From: a virus | Virus record (IMG/VR): IMGVR_UViG_3300025000_000061 | Span: 32,001-96,000 of that record | DNA length: 64,000 bases | Reading direction: 5' to 3' (one strand) | Shown here: positions 17,643 to 27,816 of the stretch, one piece after another | Layout: each line of letters begins with the position of its first letter | Position numbering within the stretch: position 1 is the stretch's first letter | Notes under the pieces: generated by a model | Seen by the model: only the letters and a program-made list of their open reading frames with translations | The model's database searches: none | Told to the model about the DNA's origin: nothing | Translations under genes and position numbers: made by a program

Positions 17643-17792
17643 ATGAGTAACACACATAATAAACCAGAGATATTAGTTCCTCCATACGGTGTTTGCTTGA
17701 ATCCACCTAGACTATCTAATCTAAATTGTAAAGATTGTAAGTATTTTGAAGGATGTACAAATGCAAAAAAAGGTAATTATAAGAGTAAATAA
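17643..17792 (+). CDS. Small Cys-rich protein, 49 aa (not in ORF track)
   Basis: AAGGGG SD; upstream TTGTAA-17 bp-TAATAT promoter; GVC..NCKDCKYFEGC. Confidence 0.6.
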   Translation: MSNTHNKPEILVPPYGVCLNPPRLSNLNCKDCKYFEGCTNAKKGNYKSK

Positions 17793-17853
17793 AAGTAAAT
17801 TGAATGTTTTCAGAAAATATAGTACAATATATATTAACATTATCTTATAAAGG

Positions 17854-18090
17854 ATGTTGCATATGACTAAAAATAATGATAATTTTAAAACGTATATCAT
17901 TTGTTCAGGTGACAACCTTGGTAATATAGAGACACTCGATTACAGATGCCCGAAGAAAGGGATTCATAAGGGAGATTGTAGATTGAATGGAAAACAATGT
18001 GAGTATTTTTTAGGGATTAAGAATGATAGACTGAATTTTGATATAATGAATATTAAAGGGTATTGTGAGTATATTTTGAATATGAAGTGA
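17854..18090 (+). CDS. Small Cys-rich protein
   Basis: ORF with SD. Confidence 0.65.
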   Translation: MLHMTKNNDNFKTYIICSGDNLGNIETLDYRCPKKGIHKGDCRLNGKQCEYFLGIKNDRLNFDIMNIKGYCEYILNMK

Positions 18091-18138
18091 TAATTCAATT
18101 CAACATAAACATAAACATAAGGAGTGTGATATAGTAAT

Positions 18139-18897
18139 ATGAATATTGGTGGTAGAGCAATGGCAAATGGTATAATATTACAATCCAATAAAGCAATTGT
18201 AAAGGCTGTGAGAAATAAAAATAATAAAATTGATATTTTTGTTAAAGAATTAAAGAAAGAAAAATTACAAACAAAGAATAAATATAAAAATATTATCAAA
18301 AAGATACCATTGGTTAGAGGTATATATAGTTTTGCATTTACAAATGGAACGTCTTTTGTAAGATTAATAATTGTACTAACAATAATTATAGATTTTTTAG
18401 GGTTTATTAAAACAGATACACAAAATACTGCAATATCTAATATGTATTTATTTTTACTATCAGTATTAAGTCTAATTTCAATAGTATTTTATATTTATAG
18501 TTTTATCAACTTAAAAAATTTTCTTCAGTATCATGGAGCAGAACATAAAACTGTCAATGCATATGAAAATAATATATCATTAGATATTGGTGAAGTGAAA
18601 AAATGTAGTAGAATTAATTACAGATGTGGTACAATATATGCAATATTTTTGCTATTATGTGTGTTAATTTTAAGTAAATTTATAAATTTTACAAGTCTAA
18701 TATTTTTATTGTCTGTAAGTATTGCTGAAGAATTATATTCTAATGATAAATTATATAAATATGGTTTTAAATATTTATATGTGTTAGGTGGATATATTCA
18801 GAAATATTTAACAACATTAGAACCAAATGAAAAACAACTTGAAGTTGGTATTGTTTGTATGAAAAAACTTATAGAAATTGAAAATAAGATTGAATAA
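18139..18897 (+). CDS. DUF1385-family membrane protein
   Basis: IGGRAMANGI, YHGAEHK, RCGT and LTTLEP..QLEV motifs. Confidence 0.88.
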   Translation: MNIGGRAMANGIILQSNKAIVKAVRNKNNKIDIFVKELKKEKLQTKNKYKNIIKKIPLVRGIYSFAFTNGTSFVRLIIVLTIIIDFLGFIKTDTQNTAISNMYLFLLSVLSLISIVFYIYSFINLKNFLQYHGAEHKTVNAYENNISLDIGEVKKCSRINYRCGTIYAIFLLLCVLILSKFINFTSLIFLLSVSIAEELYSNDKLYKYGFKYLYVLGGYIQKYLTTLEPNEKQLEVGIVCMKKLIEIENKIE

Positions 18898-18937
18898 ACT
18901 CTTTATTTTGTTATAACTAAAATTTTGAGGTGATTTC

Positions 18938-19166
18938 ATGGAATTTACAAAAGAAGGGTTTGTTGTAGAAACGGAAAGAGGTTGGTATTTAGCAGAAGAA
19001 GGAATAGGCAGATATATTGAAATATCTGATATATTTAGAGCAAATGTTTATGATGATTTAGATTCTGCAATTTATTATTTAAAAAGATTAAAAATATGAG
19101 AAAGAAGATTATCTTGATGCAAGAATTATTAAAGTAAATTGTGTAATTAAAGGAGAAATATTTTAA
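18938..19166 (+). pseudogene. Frameshifted hypothetical gene (A-run indel near 19090)
   Basis: MEFTKEGFVVETERGWYL..YLKRLK continues in the shifted frame as YEKEDYLDARIIKV.. Confidence 0.55.
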
Positions 19167-19472
19167 ATGATACAACAAATAATAAGAACACCTCAACAAA
19201 GCAAAAATTGGTATAAATATGTTAATGAATCGCAATTTAGAATAAAATTATTTAATAGAAGTAAATATTGCGAAGAAGGATTCCCTAGATATATTTATTC
19301 AGATCATGGAATGATAAAATTTATTGTTATATTACGTAATGGAGATATTATTGAAGATGTGATATTAGATGTTAGTAGACAGTATATGTCCGAAGGTAGT
19401 CAATGGATAGATAAATATGGTAGAATATATAATGAATATGAAGTGCTTGCTTGGAAAGAAATAATAAACTGA
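19167..19472 (+). CDS. Hypothetical protein
   Basis: ORF with SD. Confidence 0.7.
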   Translation: MIQQIIRTPQQSKNWYKYVNESQFRIKLFNRSKYCEEGFPRYIYSDHGMIKFIVILRNGDIIEDVILDVSRQYMSEGSQWIDKYGRIYNEYEVLAWKEIIN

Positions 19473-19505
19473 AATATGGAATAATAAAAATGGAGGTAAA
19501 ACACT

Positions 19506-19948
19506 ATGAATTCAAAAGAAGCAATAGAAAATTATATGACCAATGGCAAGAATACACAAACGAAACTTTCCCTGATAATGAATCATTAGACACATATTTT
19601 ACTATACAAGAAAAGAAATGTATATTTTTATCATCTGCTATCGTAGGTATTACAACTTATGATGATGAATTAAGTAAAGAATATGGTAAAATGATTCTTG
19701 ATACATTAATTCAAATTAAAAATAGAACAATTTTTGAGTATATTAAAGATAAAGAAAATTATAAGAATTTTATCTTTTCTTGTAATTTTATTAAAGATTG
19801 GTTAGAATGGGGAATAAGTATTAGGGGTGCATGGTTTAATACTGGTGATGGGAAAATAGTACCAGATGAAGCATTAAGTAATGTTGGTTATGAAGAGGAT
19901 AGTATTAGGATTACTGATGAATTTATGGAATGGTTTATTGATAAGTGA
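19506..19948 (+). pseudogene. Hypothetical gene with probable -1 frameshift near its start (track ORF 19451..19948)
   Basis: GGAGG SD precedes ATG 19506 (MNSKEAIE), which joins the long frame only if one A is added at 19528-19531. Confidence 0.55.
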
Positions 19949-19972
19949 GAAGAATAAGGAAAGGAGATAAAT

Positions 19973-20164
19973 ATGACAAAACTAAAAGATATTTATTTAA
20001 AAGAAGATGAATGTTTAGTTGTTTGGTTAAAATCATCTGATGGAACATATGAACCAATAGAGATAAGTGTTGATAAGAATAATAATAAAGAAGTTAAATA
20101 TGGTATTGGTATTTCAGGAAGATGTATTTTAGGTATGAGTAGTAAAAGTAAGAGTATAATATAA
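19973..20164 (+). CDS. Hypothetical protein
   Basis: ORF with SD. Confidence 0.7.
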   Translation: MTKLKDIYLKEDECLVVWLKSSDGTYEPIEISVDKNNNKEVKYGIGISGRCILGMSSKSKSII

Positions 20165-20190
20165 AATAATATTTGAAAGGGGAATAAAAT

Positions 20191-20271
20191 ATGTTTTTAT
20201 ATTTAGATGATATTAGAAATCCAAAACTTAATAGTCTTTATATTGTCAGAAACTATGAAGATTTTAAATAA
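20191..20271 (+). pseudogene. 26-aa remnant of a receiver-like 'LxLDDxRxP' phage protein
   Basis: MFLYLDDIRNPKLNSLYIVRNYEDFK then stop, followed directly by the next SD. Confidence 0.5.
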
Positions 20272-20284
20272 AGGAGAATAAAAT

Positions 20285-20527
20285 ATGAAAAAAGTAATAA
20301 TAAAATCATGTACTAGATGTCCATATTCTGATTTTAGTATACCTGATGAAGATGAGATGGGAAGTTATATTTGTTATAAAGTAAAAAGAGAACAGTATGA
20401 TTATGAATCTGATTATGATAACAAAGAAGGTAAATTTATTATCACTTTAAAAGGTATTAGTGATCTTGAATATTCTAAAATGCTAGATAGTTATATTCCT
20501 GATTGGTGTCCATTAGAAGATAATTAA
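20285..20527 (+). CDS. Cys-rich hypothetical protein (CxxCP...PDWCPL)
   Basis: ORF with SD. Confidence 0.75.
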   Translation: MKKVIIKSCTRCPYSDFSIPDEDEMGSYICYKVKREQYDYESDYDNKEGKFIITLKGISDLEYSKMLDSYIPDWCPLEDN

Positions 20528-20554
20528 AAATTATAAAAAGGAGATAATTTAATT

Positions 20555-20787
20555 ATGAATGTAAGAGAATTAAAGAAATTATTAGAAAATATGAAGATGA
20601 CGTAGAAATTATTACATCATCAAGTAATTATGAGTTAAGTGGTGGTAGAGTTAAAGCAAGAATTATAGAAACAAAATGTTCTATAATAAGAGAAAGATTT
20701 AGAGATGATTTTGATGGAACAATGTATAGTAAAGAAATTTATAAAAGTGATCAAAATGGTAAAACAATGTTATTGGTAGTAGGGTAA
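20555..20787 (+). pseudogene. Frameshifted hypothetical gene (A-run deletion near 20586)
   Basis: MNVRELKKLLE continues in the shifted frame as KYEDDVEIITSSSNYEL.. Confidence 0.6.
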
Positions 20788-20910
20788 AGGAAATAAATGC
20801 CCAAAAAATGTGAATTTTAACAATCTATGAAAAATAGACATGCCACAAACCATTGATATTACTGGGTTTGTAAAACTCAATATCATGACAAAATACTCGT
20901 TTTGTGTTAA

Positions 20911-21123
20911 ATGGAAAGAGGTGAAAATATGACTTGTAAATATTGTGATAAACCTCATATATTTGAATCCGAATATACAGGTGACAAAGTATGTCTTGAA
21001 CATTTGTGCAATATATGTTATTGTAATGATTGCCATAGAAGATTAACTGATTGTCCATGCGGAGGTTGTAATCGTTGTAATGATGATCCACTTGAAATTC
21101 AAGATGGTTGTAGTTGGAGATAA
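20911..21123 (+). CDS. Very Cys-rich small protein
   Basis: Many CxxC motifs; start probably the second ATG (MTCKYC). Confidence 0.7.
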   Translation: MERGENMTCKYCDKPHIFESEYTGDKVCLEHLCNICYCNDCHRRLTDCPCGGCNRCNDDPLEIQDGCSWR

Positions 21124-21143
21124 TTAATAAGGAGTAAAATATA

Positions 21144-21536
21144 ATGGAATGGAATAAACAAGAAAAATGCAATTCATGTGGTATAAAATATGAAAATGGT
21201 AAACTGATATTTAAAGAATGTTTTCAATATGGATTTTCTGGTGGAACATTAAATACAAGTGGCAAAGGTATATCTATATGTGATTTTGGTTCACTAAGAT
21301 ATTGCAAATGGACAATAGAGAAAGGTAAAAATAATGATTATTGGATTGTTCAAGGAGACAAAGCAAATTTAATTTATCCAACAAAAGATAAATTGATTTA
21401 TATAAAAGATTTTAAAGAGTACGAAGAATATATTGAAATAGTTGATGTAAATAATAATAAGTATAGAATTTGTTGTTGTGATTGTATTTATGTTGAGTGG
21501 TTGCCGATAAGGTATTTGAAAATTAGTTTAAAATAA
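21144..21536 (+). CDS. Hypothetical protein
   Basis: ORF with SD. Confidence 0.7.
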   Translation: MEWNKQEKCNSCGIKYENGKLIFKECFQYGFSGGTLNTSGKGISICDFGSLRYCKWTIEKGKNNDYWIVQGDKANLIYPTKDKLIYIKDFKEYEEYIEIVDVNNNKYRICCCDCIYVEWLPIRYLKISLK

Positions 21537-21566
21537 GTTATATAAAATAGATAAGGAGAGAATGCT

Positions 21567-21971
21567 ATGAAAATTAAAATAAGAATAAAAGATTTGAATG
21601 GCAATACTGAATGGAATGAAATTTATGACATTGATAATAATATTAATCCTAATATATATGCTAATAATTTAATTAATAATTTTAATGCAACTCTAAGAAA
21701 CAATGAAACTCCTAGAGAATTAATCAATGTAGAAATAATTGATAATAATGAAATGAAACATGAACATGATTGGCAGAAACAAAATATTATTACTATTATA
21801 AAAGGTAATAATATTTATGATATTATGAAATGTTCAAGATGTGGGATAACTGCAAAAAGATATGATTTAAATAATATTGTTCGTGATGCTAAATATAAAG
21901 CAAAAATATATGATTATTGCGAGGATGCTTTAAAACAATTAGAAAAATTAGCAAATAAAAAACTTAAATAA
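21567..21971 (+). CDS. Hypothetical protein (HxW..CxxCG)
   Basis: ORF with SD. Confidence 0.75.
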   Translation: MKIKIRIKDLNGNTEWNEIYDIDNNINPNIYANNLINNFNATLRNNETPRELINVEIIDNNEMKHEHDWQKQNIITIIKGNNIYDIMKCSRCGITAKRYDLNNIVRDAKYKAKIYDYCEDALKQLEKLANKKLK

Positions 21972-21988
21972 AAGGAGAATAGATAATT

Positions 21989-22183
21989 ATGAAATGTTTA
22001 AATTGTAATTGTGAATCAATGTTTAAAACAAAAATTGGTTTTACATTTGAAGGTGGGTATCCTGAAGGAATATTAATGGAAGAAGAAATAAAAATTAGGG
22101 AAAAGGGTTGGGTTTATACTAATTTAAATGCTTATAAATGTGACAATTGTGGATTTGTTATGTTATTTAGTGAGAAAGAATAG
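21989..22183 (+). CDS. Zinc-ribbon protein
   Basis: MKCLNC...CDNCG. Confidence 0.75.
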   Translation: MKCLNCNCESMFKTKIGFTFEGGYPEGILMEEEIKIREKGWVYTNLNAYKCDNCGFVMLFSEKE

Positions 22184-22283
22184 ATATTATAAAAAATTGA
22201 AATTTTAAAAGTATTGATTTATAAGGGTTTGTAGCATGTAAAATTGCGACAAAACCATCATTTTATGAGGAAAGGAAAAAATT

Positions 22284-22493
22284 ATGATAGATAAATTTTT
22301 ATTAACTGGTCAAGATAAATTAATATTTACTGAAATACCACAAAAACCGGATGAATTTACTAATAGTAATTTTGTAAAGATGATTATTCCTATTAAGTAT
22401 ATTGATTATGAAACTGGTGTATTTAAATTAAAAGAATTTATTGATAGTATTAATAATGAAGTAATTCAATTTGAATATAATCCTAAAAATTAA
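22284..22493 (+). CDS. Hypothetical protein
   Basis: ORF with SD. Confidence 0.7.
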   Translation: MIDKFLLTGQDKLIFTEIPQKPDEFTNSNFVKMIIPIKYIDYETGVFKLKEFIDSINNEVIQFEYNPKN

Positions 22494-22522
22494 AAACAAA
22501 ATTTAAAAGGAGGTTTTATCAT

Positions 22523-22684
22523 ATGCCTAATAAATTATATGAAGAATTAAAAATATATGTATTTGTCAGAGATTATCTTAGACAATATAATGCAATGTGT
22601 ATAAACGGTATTAATGATTGTATTGAATGTGGTTTATGTTGGATGAATCCAAAAGAGATAACTGAAGTAGAAAAATGTTTATAA
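22523..22684 (+). CDS. Small protein with CxxCGLCWMN motif, 53 aa (not in ORF track)
   Basis: AAGGAGG SD; motif shared with 2177..2368. Confidence 0.65.
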   Translation: MPNKLYEELKIYVFVRDYLRQYNAMCINGINDCIECGLCWMNPKEITEVEKCL

Positions 22685-22700
22685 AAATTAAAATAAATGC

Positions 22701-22729
22701 TTGACATTAGAATAGAATACTAATATAAT
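22701..22729 (+). promoter_or_regulatory. Consensus sigma-A promoter
   Basis: TTGACA-17 bp-TATAAT. Confidence 0.85.
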
Positions 22730-22766
22730 AATAACCACAAATAAAAATAAAAGGAGGACACCTACT

Positions 22767-23005
22767 ATGACAGAAATTACACTAAACAGTGAAGTATACG
22801 TTAAGAAAGATGAGATTGAAATTGATTATGAAATGGCAGTTAATATTTTAAAAATCTAGAAGAACACAAATTTATTCAATTAGTTGATGAAATTGTATTA
22901 GAAATGCTTAAAGGAAAATATGATGATTTAGAAAGTTTAATGGAAGGACATTGTAATACAAATAGAACATTACTTAAAATTCACTATGCTACGCATGACT
23001 ATTAA
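22767..23005 (+). pseudogene. Frameshifted hypothetical gene (A-run deletion near 22850)
   Basis: MTEITLNSEVYVKK..VNILK continues in the shifted frame as NLEEHKFIQLVDE.. Confidence 0.6.
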
Positions 23006-23024
23006 AAATAAATAAAAAGAAAGG

Positions 23025-23231
23025 ATGTGTACTCTATTGGCTTTTGATTATCTTAAAATGACTATGCAAGGATTAAGCAATATTCTTTATAATACTACTC
23101 AAAGTAATTCAGTACATAACTCTAAAGATGAGATTCTTAATAGTATTAAAAGAATGATTTTAGATTACAATAATAAAGTAGATAACAAAAATAAAGTTAA
23201 TTGTGTTGATTTTAGGAAAGGAATAAATTAA
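23025..23231 (+). CDS. Hypothetical protein
   Basis: ORF. Confidence 0.6.
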   Translation: MCTLLAFDYLKMTMQGLSNILYNTTQSNSVHNSKDEILNSIKRMILDYNNKVDNKNKVNCVDFRKGIN

Positions 23232-23235
23232 TATA

Positions 23236-23454
23236 ATGAAAGTTTTTAGAGTATATAGAAAAGATATTAATGAATTGCCTGGATGGTGGAATGAAGTAGG
23301 GTATAGAGAAGTAATTTGTGTTGCAGAAAATGCTAATCAGGCAAAAGGAATTGCTCTAGCAAAACACAGAAGTTTAATGGATGATATAGCTAAAAGGGAT
23401 ATTTTAGTTGAAGAAATAACATTAGAAATAGGAATGATATTGGGAGCAGATTAA
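23236..23454 (+). CDS. Hypothetical protein
   Basis: ORF with SD. Confidence 0.7.
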   Translation: MKVFRVYRKDINELPGWWNEVGYREVICVAENANQAKGIALAKHRSLMDDIAKRDILVEEITLEIGMILGAD

Positions 23455-23669
23455 ATAATAAATATAATATATTAGGAGGAATAATAATATGTGGTATCGT
23501 ATGAGTGGTAATGGAAATATAATTTGTAAAGAATGTAATATGGTGTTTAGTATAATGATTCAACATGATTATTTTTGTCCAAGATGTCAGAATGGTATGG
23601 AAGAAGTAAAAGAAGTTATAAGAAAAGCAGAAAATAAAAATAAATAAAAATAACTAGGAGATAAATTTT

Positions 23670-23852
23670 ATGAATGATTATCATGTAATAACATTTATTA
23701 CTGGAATTGTTGTTGGTGCATCTTTAATGATATATAAACTAAATAAAATAGAAAAGGCTTATTGGACTTGGAAAAATGGTTATGAGCAATTAGAATGTAA
23801 ACTTAAACATTATGAAGAAGTTTTTAGATTAATGGGTAAAGAGGTTGAATAA
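23670..23852 (+). CDS. Small membrane-anchored protein
   Basis: N-terminal TM segment; SD. Confidence 0.7.
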   Translation: MNDYHVITFITGIVVGASLMIYKLNKIEKAYWTWKNGYEQLECKLKHYEEVFRLMGKEVE

Positions 23853-24114
23853 ATTATTGATAATGAAAGGAATTAATATTATTATGGAAAATAAAGAAGA
23901 AATAATATTTGATGTAACAATTATGCATAAAGGTGATGTAATCAGTTATTTTACACACGATAACGGAAGATACTTTATTGAACAAGGTGAAGTCAGAAGC
24001 GAAAATCCATATAAAGATGGTGTAGAAGTTTATGGAGATGGTTGGAGACAGTATGTAGGTAAATGGTTTATTAATAAAGTAGTGCGAAATGGTGAAGTTA
24101 TATTTAAAAAATAA
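23845..24114 (+). CDS. Hypothetical protein
   Basis: ORF; start probably the downstream ATG (MENK). Confidence 0.65.
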   Translation: MNKLLIMKGINIIMENKEEIIFDVTIMHKGDVISYFTHDNGRYFIEQGEVRSENPYKDGVEVYGDGWRQYVGKWFINKVVRNGEVIFKK

Positions 24115-24172
24115 TAATGAAATGAAATGAAATTTCATTTCATTTGATCATGATTAAGAAAGGAGAAATAAA

Positions 24173-24376
24173 TTGCTAACTAAAAAGAGTTATATATTGT
24201 TAAAACCTATTGATATAATAGAAACTGTTAATAAATATCATTATAATGAAATTACTATTGAAGTTAATGTATTTTATTTATTTTGGTTTATACCTATTTA
24301 TAAAACACAAAAAACAACTCATATTAATAAATTTAAAAATTCATATGTAAAACCAAAAATAAGAAAGTTAAAATAA
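24173..24376 (+). CDS. Hypothetical protein
   Basis: TTG start with SD. Confidence 0.65.
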   Translation: MLTKKSYILLKPIDIIETVNKYHYNEITIEVNVFYLFWFIPIYKTQKTTHINKFKNSYVKPKIRKLK

Positions 24377-24388
24377 AAGGAGTTTCTA

Positions 24389-24982
24389 ATGGATACATCA
24401 AAAGAATACACATTAATGTGCAAAAAAGCAATAGAAATACAAGGTAAAATTAATGAAGATAAAAATAAAGATATTTTAGGTATTTTTCAAGAACGAGGAT
24501 TAAAAAGTGGTGATTATGTAGTAATTCAAAGATATAGTGCATTATCAGAATATGAAGAAAGATGGAAAGAAACAATAACTAATATTCATGTTGATTTTGT
24601 AGTAATTAATGAGGAAGATAGGGATAATTTTTATTTACAAGGAGTAGAAAACTATTCACAATGGCCTTTTGGAATAGTTAAAAGAAATGCAGTTTATTTT
24701 GAATTCCCTTGTTGGGATGTTGATGAAGACGATTTATGCTATACGTCTGGTGAATATGTTTATTGGCTTCCTAGACAAGATCAAATTCATTCAATGTTTT
24801 TAAATGGACTTACCGAATATAATAAATTAAGAAAACTTATAGAATGGTTAGATTCTAAAGCAGAATATAATCCATATACATATTCATTAGAAATGCTATG
24901 GTTAATGTTTTATATGTATGAAAAACATAATAAAAAGTGGAATCCTATTAATAATATAAAGGAATGGGAATATTTGAATTAA
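24389..24982 (+). CDS. Phage hypothetical protein (MDTSKEY..MC..WLPRQDQ..EMLWL family)
   Basis: Recurrent phage motifs; SD. Confidence 0.8.
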   Translation: MDTSKEYTLMCKKAIEIQGKINEDKNKDILGIFQERGLKSGDYVVIQRYSALSEYEERWKETITNIHVDFVVINEEDRDNFYLQGVENYSQWPFGIVKRNAVYFEFPCWDVDEDDLCYTSGEYVYWLPRQDQIHSMFLNGLTEYNKLRKLIEWLDSKAEYNPYTYSLEMLWLMFYMYEKHNKKWNPINNIKEWEYLN

Positions 24983-24992
24983 AGGAGAAATC

Positions 24993-25208
24993 ATGAATAA
25001 GGAATTATTATATAAAGCAGAAGGTGTTAAAGAATGTGTTAAATGGTTGATTAAAGAAATAAAATTAGAACAAGAACAACAAAACAGAGCATTATTTTGG
25101 TATGATGATACTACAGATTATAATGAAAGAATAAATACTATGATAAGAATTAAAATTGGATTAGAAAAGTATGCCAAAAAATTAAAACATCAATCAAAAG
25201 AAAATTAA
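24993..25208 (+). CDS. Hypothetical protein
   Basis: ORF with SD. Confidence 0.7.
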   Translation: MNKELLYKAEGVKECVKWLIKEIKLEQEQQNRALFWYDDTTDYNERINTMIRIKIGLEKYAKKLKHQSKEN

Positions 25209-25242
25209 TACTCTATTATCTAAGGAAGCGAGGTGAAATATA

Positions 25243-25437
25243 ATATTATATACAAACTATAAAGATAATAAATTTATTAAACATTATAAGGAACGTAGAA
25301 TAGGGATGACCACTAGAATTATTGTTTCAGACATAGCACAAGAATACAATACATATAAAAGACAGAAAAGAAATAAATTGCATAATATTAATGTCGATGA
25401 AGCAACGGAGAGAATTTGTAATATAATTGGTATTTAA
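25243..25437 (+). CDS. Hypothetical 64-aa ORF with ATA start (not in ORF track)
   Basis: GAGGTG SD 7 nt upstream; the open frame fills the gap. Confidence 0.5.
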   Translation: MLYTNYKDNKFIKHYKERRIGMTTRIIVSDIAQEYNTYKRQKRNKLHNINVDEATERICNIIGI

Positions 25438-25484
25438 TTTAAAGAAACAAATAAATAAATAATATAATAAAGGGGTTTATAATT

Positions 25485-25868
25485 ATGAGCAAAGAAAATA
25501 TTTTAATATTTGATAAAGTTAAATGTAATATGGTTTTTGAAATTCAATTTTATACTTTTGATAATGATGAACCATTTGATGAATATGTCGAAGTGTCTTG
25601 TGGAGAAGATATTGAAAGTTTATTAAATGCTTATAAAAGTAAAAAATGGGACGAATTGTTTTATAAGCAAAGTTATAGAAACACTGATATTGCATATGTT
25701 GAATTTAAAGGTTTACATTTTTTTGCAGAAAGTATTGATGGACATAAATTTAGAGTAGGAAATAAAAATGGTATGAAACAATATGCAAATGCTGTTTTAA
25801 ATATTGAAAAACTAGGTGAAGACAATTCTTTAAAGTTAAAACAAATCAGAAATATATTAGATAAGTAA
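25485..25868 (+). CDS. Hypothetical protein
   Basis: ORF with SD. Confidence 0.75.
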   Translation: MSKENILIFDKVKCNMVFEIQFYTFDNDEPFDEYVEVSCGEDIESLLNAYKSKKWDELFYKQSYRNTDIAYVEFKGLHFFAESIDGHKFRVGNKNGMKQYANAVLNIEKLGEDNSLKLKQIRNILDK

Positions 25869-25909
25869 TATAAATGTAAAATATAAAAATCATAAAGTGA
25901 GGTGAAAAT

Positions 25910-26095
25910 ATGAAATTCCAAGATAGTGACTTAGATAAATATACACTAATGAAAAGTGAAAAATTAGATAAATGTTTTATATGTCAAGAAGAGACTTATT
26001 ACATTGATTATTGTTGTGAAGGTAGGTTATGTAGTACAGAATGTCATGATAAATGTTATGAACAATTAATGAATATGATTGAAAGAAATGATTAG
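25910..26095 (+). CDS. Small Cys-rich protein
   Basis: CFIC..CSTEC; GAGGTG SD. Confidence 0.7.
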   Translation: MKFQDSDLDKYTLMKSEKLDKCFICQEETYYIDYCCEGRLCSTECHDKCYEQLMNMIERND

Positions 26096-26109
26096 GAGGA
26101 ATACATATT

Positions 26110-26403
26110 ATGTTTAATTTATTTAGTGTTTTTAGAAGAAAACAAAGTAAATCAAATAATACTATCACAGTAGAAAAATATATTGTAGATATTTATTATA
26201 AAAATAATACTATGAATTCATTTATTAATGATGGTGATACCTTCCCTATTGATTACCGTAAATTTTTAAAATGGTATTTTTGTAGAGATAGTGAGTTATA
26301 TTGCTTTGGTTATAAAAATGGAGGAATGTTACTTATTAATAGGAATGAGATTAGTAAAATTAATTTCTATAGGAAGGAGGTACAAGAAAAAGTAAAAATA
26401 TAA
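26110..26403 (+). CDS. Hypothetical protein
   Basis: ORF with SD. Confidence 0.75.
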   Translation: MFNLFSVFRRKQSKSNNTITVEKYIVDIYYKNNTMNSFINDGDTFPIDYRKFLKWYFCRDSELYCFGYKNGGMLLINRNEISKINFYRKEVQEKVKI

Positions 26404-26449
26404 TGTAATAAGAAGTATAAAGTATAAATGAAAGTGAGGTGAAAGTTAT

Positions 26450-26725
26450 ATGAATTATAAAGAAGAATTAATTATAATTTGGGATGAGTGTATTGAAGAA
26501 ATATTTGAAGGTGAAGAATTAACTGAAGATGATAAATTAGATTTTGATATAGTAAAAGAATCTATAATTGCACAAATAAAGAATGAAAAAGCATCAGAAG
26601 AAGATCAAAAATATGTATGTGACAATATAGAATTATATAAAAAATTTTTTATGACTATGTTAACTTGTAATGAGAAAGAAATGAAATTAATTACATTGGA
26701 ATTATTAAAAATTAAAAATAAGTAA
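26450..26725 (+). CDS. Hypothetical protein
   Basis: ORF with SD. Confidence 0.75.
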   Translation: MNYKEELIIIWDECIEEIFEGEELTEDDKLDFDIVKESIIAQIKNEKASEEDQKYVCDNIELYKKFFMTMLTCNEKEMKLITLELLKIKNK

Positions 26726-26739
26726 AATTAAAAGGAGAA

Positions 26740-27003
26740 ATGATAATTATGTTCAATATGTTTAATACCAAGAAAGTTACTCACGCAGAAAGGTTGGACC
26801 AAGCAAAGACAAGGGTATCTTCGGCATTATCTATGTTTGTACAAGCAAAAGAGGAAATGATTAATGCTAAGAATCAACTGAATGAAACTATTAGCAATAT
26901 TGATAATGAAATTAATGATTTGCAGAGTGTTAGAGATAATGTTGTGAGTGAGATGGGCAGTTATGATAGTTTGATTAGGAAATTTGATGAATTTACTTTG
27001 TAG
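26740..27003 (+). CDS. Coiled-coil hypothetical protein
   Basis: ORF with SD. Confidence 0.75.
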   Translation: MIIMFNMFNTKKVTHAERLDQAKTRVSSALSMFVQAKEEMINAKNQLNETISNIDNEINDLQSVRDNVVSEMGSYDSLIRKFDEFTL

Positions 27004-27208
27004 GATAGATTTGCATAGAATAATAAAATAAAAATAAATACATAAAGGAGATAAATTTATTATGAAAACAATGACAAGGAAAGAAAAAAGAAAATTATGG
27101 AAGATAGATTGGATGATTGTTAAAGACAGTATTGAAGGTGATAATAGAAAAGAAAAACGTGAAAATTGGTATCAATCTTGGAGTAAGTTTAAAATTTAAT
27201 TTCTATAA

Positions 27209-27248
27209 GTTTAAGAAGTTATTATATATTTTAAATAACTTCTTAAAC
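27209..27248. terminator. Intergenic hairpin
   Basis: GTTTAAGAAGTTATT / AATAACTTCTTAAAC. Confidence 0.55.
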
Positions 27249-27282
27249 CAAAATAAATTATTATAAAGGAGAAAATTATTAT

Positions 27283-27528
27283 ATGAATAATCAAACAGAA
27301 AATTATATCATTCTTAAACCTATTGCTGAAAGATTTAATAAAGTTGCTAAAGAAATATCAGACGAAGATATTAAATATATTATTAAAGAAGCAATGCGAG
27401 AACAAATTAAAGGTGTATTTGATTTTAGTAAATTAGAAGAATTGACTTACGAGTATATTGATAAAAATGAAGAAGATATTAAACAAATGATTGCAGATTC
27501 AATTATTGATAGACTTAGATATAGGTAA
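27283..27528 (+). CDS. Hypothetical protein
   Basis: ORF with SD. Confidence 0.75.
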   Translation: MNNQTENYIILKPIAERFNKVAKEISDEDIKYIIKEAMREQIKGVFDFSKLEELTYEYIDKNEEDIKQMIADSIIDRLRYR

Positions 27529-27588
27529 AAATATTTGTTACAATATATTTTTTTTATTCAAACTTAAAATTAAAGGAGGAAAATAAAT

Positions 27589-27771
27589 ATGAATATATTA
27601 CATCAAAAAATACCAATTAATAGCAATGGTGAATACTTATTAAAATTAAGAGAAGTATCAAGAATGCATGATTCTATTAAAGATGTTTTACCTGAAGATT
27701 ATATATTAATAACTTCACCAACCGATATTGCTAAAATTGATGGAAATTATAGAGAAAGCGGAAATATATGA
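27589..27771 (+). CDS. Hypothetical protein
   Basis: ORF with SD. Confidence 0.65.
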   Translation: MNILHQKIPINSNGEYLLKLREVSRMHDSIKDVLPEDYILITSPTDIAKIDGNYRESGNI

Positions 27772-27816
27772 TGGACTGTGTAAATGATAAAAAATTAAAA
27801 AAGGTGGAATATAAAA

